This document shows, one piece after another, positions 57,741-64,000 of a stretch of 64,000 nucleotides of DNA. Within the stretch, counting starts at the first letter, position 1, and every line of letters begins with the position of its first letter. The stretch spans positions 20,336 to 84,335 of the forward strand of contig JAAYSL010000084.1 of assembly GCA_012518315.1 (NCBI GenBank), given 5' to 3'. Origin of the DNA: Bacillota bacterium. GTDB lineage: Bacteria > Bacillota > Limnochordia > DTU087. Both the position numbers and the translations under genes were made by a program. The notes below the pieces were generated by a model, which had not been told where the DNA came from, ran no database searches, and worked only from the letters and a program-made list of their open reading frames with translations.

Positions 57741-58802
57741 CTAGCGACCACAACAGCCTCCTCTGTGTTTCTTACAGGAGGGTGCTCCGGGCACATAGGG
57801 AAAATAAACGGGAGTCTGTCGCCTAGAGGATTCATACATAGCTAGGACCATGTCTACCGCGGTCTTGCCAGCCTTGCCATCAATGAAAGGCTTTTTACCA
57901 GCCTGCACCGCCCGGTAGTGATCCCGGATCTGCCGTTTGTGACTAAAGCCCCAATACCGTAGCCCTGTTGTCTCATCTGGCTGCTGTTCTACGGTCATAG
58001 TCTTGTTGCCAATAGTAATAATGGCCCGATCCCCGATGATATGGGCAATACCCTTTTCTCCATGGATCTCAAGGAAGATCGGTGCATCATATGAGTAATT
58101 GCAGCTAGCGTAAAGGCAACCGATGGCTCCGTTCTTGAAAACGATGTGAGCTTCAGCCACATCATCTACATCAATCTGGTCATGGGCTCTTGTATCATAG
58201 CGAGCTTCCAGATAGTCTACCTCACCCACCAACCATTGCATCAAGTCAATCGTATGGATAGCTTGATCGATGAGGACACCGCCACCCTCTTTATCCCAAG
58301 TACCCTTCCAATCGCTTTCAGAGTAGTATTCATCGGTGCGACGCCACGTGATAATTGCACGGGTACCGTTAATTGCACCTAGCTTACCTTCTTCAATTAC
58401 CTGCTTTACCGCCTGGGAGGCATCATTATAGCGATTTTGAAAGATCACACCAAGGGTGCGCTTGGTGTCCTTGGCGGTTTGGATCATTGCCTCCATGTCA
58501 GGGACACTGATTGCCATTGGTTTCTCCGTCAAAACATCTTTACCGGCCTTCAAGGCTGCTATAGCTATTTCAGCATGATTATAGTGAGGAGTCGCGATCT
58601 GTACCGCATCGACATTGGGTAGTTCTAGCACGTCTCGGTAATCTGTATACGCCTTTACCCCATAGTGTTGGCTAAATGCCTCAGCCCGATCAGGTTTGAT
58701 ATCAACCACTGCTACTAGTTCCGTTTCATCCAACGCAACTAATGCGTCTGCATGCACTCTAGCTACTCTGCCACATCCAATAAGGGCTACCCGCGTTTTT
58801 TT
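57741..58802 (-). CDS. Gfo/Idh/MocA family NAD(P)-dependent oxidoreductase
   Basis: Rossmann N-terminus MKKTRVALIGCGRVARVHADAL with EKP motif. ATG 58802 follows GGAGG; the longer ORF extends to 58850. Confidence 0.8.
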   Translation of the reverse strand, partial: KKTRVALIGCGRVARVHADALVALDETELVAVVDIKPDRAEAFSQHYGVKAYTDYRDVLELPNVDAVQIATPHYNHAEIAIAALKAGKDVLTEKPMAISVPDMEAMIQTAKDTKRTLGVIFQNRYNDASQAVKQVIEEGKLGAINGTRAIITWRRTDEYYSESDWKGTWDKEGGGVLIDQAIHTIDLMQWLVGEVDYLEARYDTRAHDQIDVDDVAEAHIVFKNGAIGCLYASCNYSYDAPIFLEIHGEKGIAHIIGDRAIITIGNKTMTVEQQPDETTGLRYWGFSHKRQIRDHYRAVQAGKKPFIDGKAGKTAVDMVLAMYESSRRQTPVYFPYVPGAPSCKKHRGGCCGR

Positions 58803-59003
58803 CATTGCGATTCCTCCAGCGTTGTTTTTCCAGTACCCCTGCCAAGACATCTGAGGTCATCGGGGTTCCTAGAGATTGTCCGCCCTCTAGCACTATTAGA
58901 CACTAGCCTTAATCTTCCTGCCCTTCGTCAAATCAGAAGCAAGGTTGTGCCAAATTCGAGACTTTCCCACCTTCCCTAAGCAAATCCTAGACAACAGGCC
59001 CCA

Positions 59004-59219
59004 TCAATGACAAGTACTGCAATGGCCACCACTGCAACTAGTACAGCCTCCCGCTAGGCTAGACCTCCCCGAACTCTTGAAGCCAAAAGAGGAAATCAGA
59101 CTCTCTACCTCTTCACTCTGGCACTGGGGGCATGTCACTTTGGTACCGTTACGTACGAGTTCTTCGAATTTCTCCCCACACTGCTTGCATCGGAATTCCC
59201 GCAAGGGCATACCATTCAT
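59004..59219 (-). CDS. FmdB-family zinc-ribbon protein
   Basis: FRCKQCGEKFE...CPQCQS double CxxC, with a Ser/Gly/Cys-rich tail. Confidence 0.7.
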   Translation of the reverse strand: MNGMPLREFRCKQCGEKFEELVRNGTKVTCPQCQSEEVESLISSFGFKSSGRSSLAGGCTSCSGGHCSTCH

Positions 59220-59385
59220 TCCTCCCGCTTTTCATCTTTGTTTTCATTGTACCACAGCACATGCTTAATTGACACCTTGGGCCATTTCCGGTGGGCCATG
59301 ATGTACCTGTAGCATACTGAAAGCCACGTGCAACAAGAACCAATACTTGCTTTCTTTCGCTAATGAAATCAGCTCAAATTTGCAT

Positions 59386-59416
59386 AAGAAAAGCCCCCAG
59401 GATTTCTCTGAGGGCT
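59386..59416 (-). terminator. intrinsic terminator downstream of pduL
   Basis: Minus strand: AGCCCUCAG-AGAAAUC-CUGGGGGCU followed by UUUUCUUAU. Confidence 0.5.
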
Positions 59417-59476
59417 ATTGGGTCATGTGCCAGTAGGCGACAGTGCATTTATTGAACTTCACACCCGTCCCCTAAA

Positions 59477-60064
59477 CTATTTTAGTACCTCTACTTCATC
59501 ACCATTGTTTAACATCGCCGCATTGGCTTCATCAGTGTCCAAATGACAGTCCAGCGCAAAGCTCTCGCCTACCCGCACCAATACCTGGTCAAATATAAGA
59601 CCACGGTCTCCCCCACAGCGGATTTTGACAATATCTTTATCCTTAACCCCAAATCGCGTAGCATCAGCAGGGGTCATGTGTACATGGCGCTTAGCCAAGA
59701 TCACGCCTTTGGAAAGAGTGATGGCACCTTGGGGACCAACAACCGTTACCTGCCCAGCACTACCCTCATGCTGACCTGAATCTCGCACCGGTGGCTTGAC
59801 ACCTAGAGCAAAAGCATCGGTTCTAGATATCTCTACCTGGGTGTTAGCGCGGGTTGGTCCAAGTACACGCACCCTTTGCAGTACTCCCTTTGGCCCAACT
59901 AAAGTCACTGTCTCATCTGCGGCAAATTGCCCTGGTTGAGAGAGATCTTTGATATTAGTCAGCTGGTAGCCCTCACCGAAGAGCTTCTCCAGATCCCCCT
60001 TTGAAAGGTGCACATGACGATTGGATATGCCGACTTTGACTTTACCTAGTATTCTTTCTGCCAT
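59477..60064 (-). CDS. pduL: phosphate propanoyl/acetyl-transferase PduL
   Basis: Two PduL repeats (VGISNRHVHLS... and ILAKRHVHMTP...), 195 aa. Confidence 0.8.
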   Translation of the reverse strand: MAERILGKVKVGISNRHVHLSKGDLEKLFGEGYQLTNIKDLSQPGQFAADETVTLVGPKGVLQRVRVLGPTRANTQVEISRTDAFALGVKPPVRDSGQHEGSAGQVTVVGPQGAITLSKGVILAKRHVHMTPADATRFGVKDKDIVKIRCGGDRGLIFDQVLVRVGESFALDCHLDTDEANAAMLNNGDEVEVLK

Positions 60065-60282
60065 TATTCTTTATGCCCCCCAGAAGTAAATTAAAAGCTA
60101 TTATCGGATCCTCACGGCCCTTATTGTACCATATCCAGAAAAACTGGGCAAAAACCACATCGAACTAAGAAGTTGATCACTAAGACACCCCGGCTCCGGT
60201 AGATATCATAGTCGCAGATTCCCCTTTCGAATCATAGATTGTCGGTAGTGACTGAAGGTACTAATGCAAAGGTGGGATCAGA

Positions 60283-61080
60283 ATGACATACTGGAGTAAT
60301 GAGTGGAATTGCCACCCACGAGACGAACAGCTGCTTGATGATGCCAGGTTCTGGGTAAGAATTCTCAAGGAGCACGCCATGTTCATTCAGTTAGGACTGC
60401 CGGCGGACGAACCTGAGCTTATCCAAGAAGCGCAATCTTTTGTAGATAGGTTTCAGATGCTCCAAAACGCTCTAGATACCGTTGATGTCATCGAGCCAGA
60501 GTTATTGCAGGAGCTGCAACAGGCAGTCATGGAGATTATCGATTTCAAGCGGCGCATCTTACGGAGGTTGGTGCAGTGCCAGCTAGGCGGAAACCTATTT
60601 CCCCTCTTGATTGATCACATTACCAGGGAAGCTGTACGTTTCCTGAACCTGCTAATGGCAAATGGGCAGCACCCAATGGCCAGTTTTCAGCTACTTGCCG
60701 AGGAAGAGTCTTTTTGGTTACGTATCATGAAAGAACACTTGGAGTTTGTGAGCCACCTATTAGATCCTTCGGAGAGAACGCTGATCAAGGAGGCTGAGGA
60801 TCTGGAGACAGAGGTGGCACAGCTTCAGGAGACTGCCAGGGATCTTGCCTCCATGAGCCAATCAGGACCTGAGACGTTTCCTTCCCTCACTCGTTTTACC
60901 GAAGAAGTGCTCTTGACAGTGATGAAGGTGCGAGACTTTAAAGCAGATGCCTATGAGATGCTGCTTCTTTGCCAGATACTAAGCATAATCCCTTCACCCC
61001 TCTTGCTTGATCACGTGCGCCGGGAGGCAGACAAGGCCTTAGAGGAAATCGGCAGACTGCTTGACCATGTTTCGATGTAA
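60283..61080 (+). CDS. hypothetical protein with internally duplicated helical domain (DUF2935-like)
   Basis: Two repeats of a motif (FWVRILKEHAMFIQLGL / FWLRIMKEHLEFVSHLL; DHITREAVRF / DHVRREADKA). The family name is tentative. Confidence 0.5.
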   Translation: MTYWSNEWNCHPRDEQLLDDARFWVRILKEHAMFIQLGLPADEPELIQEAQSFVDRFQMLQNALDTVDVIEPELLQELQQAVMEIIDFKRRILRRLVQCQLGGNLFPLLIDHITREAVRFLNLLMANGQHPMASFQLLAEEESFWLRIMKEHLEFVSHLLDPSERTLIKEAEDLETEVAQLQETARDLASMSQSGPETFPSLTRFTEEVLLTVMKVRDFKADAYEMLLLCQILSIIPSPLLLDHVRREADKALEEIGRLLDHVSM

Positions 61081-61110
61081 AACGATCTTTCCATCTTTCC
61101 CCTTCTGTAC

Positions 61111-61140
61111 TTGACCTACCTGTGAGACTCATGCTAAAAT
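61111..61140 (+). promoter_or_regulatory. candidate promoter of tRNA-Trp (TTGACC-18-TAAAAT)
   Basis: -35 and -10 hexamers about 10 nt upstream of the tRNA 5' end. Confidence 0.4.
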
Positions 61141-61149
61141 AAGGCCAGT

Positions 61150-61225
61150 AGGGGAGTAGCTCAATTGGCAGAGCACCGGTCTCCAAAACCGGGGGCTGCG
61201 GGTTCGATTCCTGTCTCCCCTGCCA
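61150..61225 (+). tRNA. trnW: tRNA-Trp (anticodon CCA)
   Basis: Manual cloverleaf: acceptor AGGGGAG/CUCCCCU, D-stem GCUC/GAGC, anticodon stem CCGGU/ACCGG with loop CUCCAAA, T-loop UUCGAUU, discriminator G, encoded CCA. 76 nt. Confidence 0.9.
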
Positions 61226-61228
61226 CTT

Positions 61229-61256
61229 AAGGCCCTTTAGTGGGCCTTTTCTCTTT
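61229..61256 (+). terminator. intrinsic terminator after tRNA-Trp
   Basis: AAGGCCC-UUUAGU-GGGCCUU followed by UUCUCUUUU. Confidence 0.7.
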
Positions 61257-61348
61257 TGGCTAATTCTATCCCTGTTGCCTACTCACTGCCAAGTACCTCT
61301 CAGCACCCAGGCTGGAGCAGACTTGCAATCACTTGCTTGGCCGACCAA

Positions 61349-61771
61349 TTAGAAATTTACCCCAAGCACCCCACCGATGGCCCCAGTGACAAAACCCATA
61401 CCCATGCGGAAGACAGTGTCATGGCCGAGGTCAGATAGCACAATACTTCCGGTTGTTGCTAGGTTTACTGCTAAGATAAACAGGATCCCCACTAGGCCAC
61501 CGACTAACCACCCATTTCGCTGAGATAACCTAGCTGCCATAAAGCCCCCTGTACCCATGCTAAGGTAAGAGAACACTTGGAATATACCGGCAACTTCTAT
61601 ATTCCAACCCCCAATTAGTTGAACTAGGGACACTAGGACGGCTCCACAGATGGCAACTGCTGCACTGCAGGAGATGCCCCTCACTATGCTCCAAAGAAAT
61701 GTCCCTAGAGTCGCCTGAGGAGCCCGCTCATTCTCATTACCTATACGCCTGGCCATCCCTCTCCCTCCCAA
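61349..61771 (-). CDS. small integral membrane protein (4 predicted TM)
   Basis: 140-aa ORF with four hydrophobic helices. No recognisable domain. Confidence 0.5.
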   Translation of the reverse strand: MGGRGMARRIGNENERAPQATLGTFLWSIVRGISCSAAVAICGAVLVSLVQLIGGWNIEVAGIFQVFSYLSMGTGGFMAARLSQRNGWLVGGLVGILFILAVNLATTGSIVLSDLGHDTVFRMGMGFVTGAIGGVLGVNF

Positions 61772-61930
61772 TTGATACTAAACCGCATATCTCGGTCTAT
61801 GACATGTCTATGCCCAGGGAGAAGTGGGTATGTCTTTCCTATTTCCACTGACAGTAAAACACCCCCTCCAATTAGCCGCAAGGAAGGGGTGCAATGCCAG
61901 GCGAATATCTGCGATTAATATGCAGCTTTA

Positions 61931-64000
61931 TCAGGCTGTTTCTTCTTTGGATTCAGCAATTATCTGTTCTGCTATACTAGCTGGAACCTCTTCGTAGTGG
62001 TCAAAGGTCATCGTAAATGAACCCCGACCTTGGGTAATGGAGCGTAAGTCGGTAGCGTATCTAAATAGCTCCGCCTGAGGCACCTGTGCACGGATAATCT
62101 GCACACCGTCCTTGGGATCCATGCCGAGAATCCGGCCACGCTTTTTGTTGAGATCCCCGATAATGTCCCCCATGTATGCGTCTGGAACTGTTACATCCAC
62201 ATTCATGATAGGCTCCAACAGAACAGGCTGTGCTTCCATGAAGCCTTTCTTAAACGCCATGGAGCCGGCGATCTTAAAGGCCATTTCTGAGGAGTCTACA
62301 CTATGGTACGAACCATCATAGAGAGTTACCCTAACATCCACCACAGGATAGCCAGCCAGTACACCCTCACTAAGAGTCTCAACGATTCCCTTCTCTACTG
62401 CAGGAATATACTGACGCGGGACGGAACCGCCAAAAATATCATCGACAAACTCAAAGCCACCACCTGCAGGCAAAGGCTCTACCCGAATAAACACATGTCC
62501 ATATTGGCCCCGACCACCACTTTGTTTCTTATGCTTGCCTTCCACCTCGGTCTTGCCTTTGATGGTCTCTTTGTATGGCACTCTAGGCACATTTAGCTCT
62601 ACCTCAACTCCAAACTTGCTCGCTAGGCGGCTGGCCACTATCTCTAAGTGCATATCGCCCATACCAGACACCACGGTCTGGCCAGTCTCTGTCACCCTTG
62701 TTACGTTGAATGTCGGATCTTCCTCTTGCAGTCGAGCTAGGCCGCTGGCAATCTTCTCTTCATCACCCTTGGTCTTGGGTGAGATAGCCATGATCAGGCT
62801 AGGCTTGGGGAACTCTACCGGTGGAAGCTTGATGGGGCTATTCTTGGAGCAGAGGGTATCTCCGGTCGTTGTCTCTTGCAGCTTGGCAACTGCTGCCAAG
62901 TCACCGGCTACCACTGAATCAACTGGAATCTGTTCCTTGCCTTTGATTAGAAAAACTTGACCGATTCTTTCATCTATTTCCCTAGTCGAGTTGTAGACCT
63001 GCGAATCTGATTTTAAGACACCCGAATAGACGCGGAACAAAGTAAGGCGACCTACGTACGGGTCAGCCATGGTCTTGTAAACTAGCGCTGATAGGCTCTC
63101 ATCGGCAGACTGCTTGCGAGTAATCTCCGAGTTGGTCGCCGGATCCAATCCCTTGACCTGACCATGTGCATCTGGTGCCGGGAGACACTGGATGGAGTAA
63201 TCCATAAGAGCATCGATACCTGCCCCCACCAGAGCAGAGCCACATAGTACCGGGATGATCTGGCGAGTCTTAGTACCTTCACCTAGGGCTTTCTCCAGTT
63301 CTTCCTGAGTAAGGGCTTCACCCTCTAGATACTTCATAGCCAGCTCATCATCGGTAACAGCCACTGCCTCTACGAGAGCTTCACGATGGGTCTCTGCATC
63401 TGACTGCATCTCTGCGGGGATATCAACTTCCTCCGCTTTGCCACTAGCATAGACAAATGCCTTCATCTTGACCAAATCGATAATCCCTTTGAAATTCTCG
63501 GATTGTCCGATGGGGAGCTGGATGGGTATGACTTGGGAGCCATACATCTCCTGTAACTGGCCTAGAACCTTGAAGAAATCAGCGTTTTCTCGCTCCAGCT
63601 TATTAACGAACACCAGGCGAGGCAACTCATGCTGATCGGCATAGTCCCAGACTTTTTCCGTGCCTACTTCCACCCCATTGGTTGCACAAACCACAACCAC
63701 TGCTCCATCAGCTATCCGCAGTGAACCGATTACTTCCCCAGCGAAATCAAAATAGCCAGGGGTATCTAAGATATTGATCTTATGGTTTTTCCATTCAACC
63801 GGTGCAACAGAGGCGGCAATCGTGATCTTGCGTTTTACCTCCTCTGGGTCATAATCAAGAATGCTAGTGCCCTCATCGACATTACCTAGCCGCTTTGTTG
63901 CACCCGCTCGAAAGAGTAGGGCTTCAGCCAGGCTAGTCTTACCTGCACCACCATGGGCAACAAGCGCGAGATTACGCAGCTTATCAGTGGCATACTGCTT
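61931..64000 (-). CDS. elongation factor G paralog (EF-G2 / EF-G-like GTPase), N-terminus beyond window
   Basis: The reading frame continues to the window edge (the listed M at 63700 is internal). G domain LVAHGGAGKTSLAEALL...DTPGYFDF, then EF-G domains II-V (GGRGQYGHV..., ...VLLEPIM). Confidence 0.85.
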   Translation of the reverse strand, partial: KQYATDKLRNLALVAHGGAGKTSLAEALLFRAGATKRLGNVDEGTSILDYDPEEVKRKITIAASVAPVEWKNHKINILDTPGYFDFAGEVIGSLRIADGAVVVVCATNGVEVGTEKVWDYADQHELPRLVFVNKLERENADFFKVLGQLQEMYGSQVIPIQLPIGQSENFKGIIDLVKMKAFVYASGKAEEVDIPAEMQSDAETHREALVEAVAVTDDELAMKYLEGEALTQEELEKALGEGTKTRQIIPVLCGSALVGAGIDALMDYSIQCLPAPDAHGQVKGLDPATNSEITRKQSADESLSALVYKTMADPYVGRLTLFRVYSGVLKSDSQVYNSTREIDERIGQVFLIKGKEQIPVDSVVAGDLAAVAKLQETTTGDTLCSKNSPIKLPPVEFPKPSLIMAISPKTKGDEEKIASGLARLQEEDPTFNVTRVTETGQTVVSGMGDMHLEIVASRLASKFGVEVELNVPRVPYKETIKGKTEVEGKHKKQSGGRGQYGHVFIRVEPLPAGGGFEFVDDIFGGSVPRQYIPAVEKGIVETLSEGVLAGYPVVDVRVTLYDGSYHSVDSSEMAFKIAGSMAFKKGFMEAQPVLLEPIMNVDVTVPDAYMGDIIGDLNKKRGRILGMDPKDGVQIIRAQVPQAELFRYATDLRSITQGRGSFTMTFDHYEEVPASIAEQIIAESKEETA

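Noticed and set aside
1-64000. CRISPR arrays, IS elements, prophage or defense islands
   Set aside because: No regularly spaced direct repeats, no transposase or DDE/Tnp ORFs, no terminase/capsid-like ORFs, and no nuclease/helicase/methyltransferase clusters were seen. The only recombinase is the Xer-like gene discussed above.

Overview
This 64 kb window is a chromosomal segment of a moderate-GC (about 50%) Gram-positive (Bacillota-type) bacterium. The affiliation rests on a LexA/YneA-like SOS module with Cheo boxes, a CtsR-type heptad operator, a T-box leader, a PyrR-type attenuator, a GerMN-domain protein and a SigB/F/G-type sigma factor. Coding density is high and mostly housekeeping. Annotated genes and blocks include: surE; a TPR protein; divergent lexA and a yneA-like LysM division inhibitor; a Xer-type tyrosine recombinase next to a dif-like core site and a duplicated fragment of its own 5' coding region; a 1067-aa cytoplasmic glycoside-hydrolase-like protein; a lipoprotein followed by two DUF2229 paralogs and an HgdC/BadF-type ATPase ('activase' module of unknown target); a metallophosphoesterase; an hsp20 gene behind a sigma-A-like promoter flanked by CtsR-like operators; a long minus-strand array running cysE, B12-radical SAM, dnaE, hydantoinase-like, TGS-uridine kinase fusion, SigB-like sigma, patatin, purE, purLFMND; a SIMPL protein; three tandem M42 aminopeptidases; a CUT1 sugar ABC transporter; an MtnX-like HAD phosphatase; a TIM-barrel sugar isomerase; a DAHP synthase preceded by a clear T-box riboswitch; GerMN; the pyrB-pyrC-carB-pyrK-pyrD-pyrF-pyrE operon (no carA, no pyrR) behind a PyrR-type attenuator; a Gfo/Idh/MocA oxidoreductase; an FmdB zinc ribbon; a stand-alone PduL; tRNA-Trp; and an EF-G paralog truncated by the window end. 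No CRISPR array, rRNA, transposase or obvious prophage was seen. The most interesting non-housekeeping signals are the T-box on aroG, the lexA-yneA-dif-xer neighbourhood with its 110-bp duplicated xer fragment, the CtsR-like boxes on hsp20, and the uncharacterised DUF2229/ATPase module.
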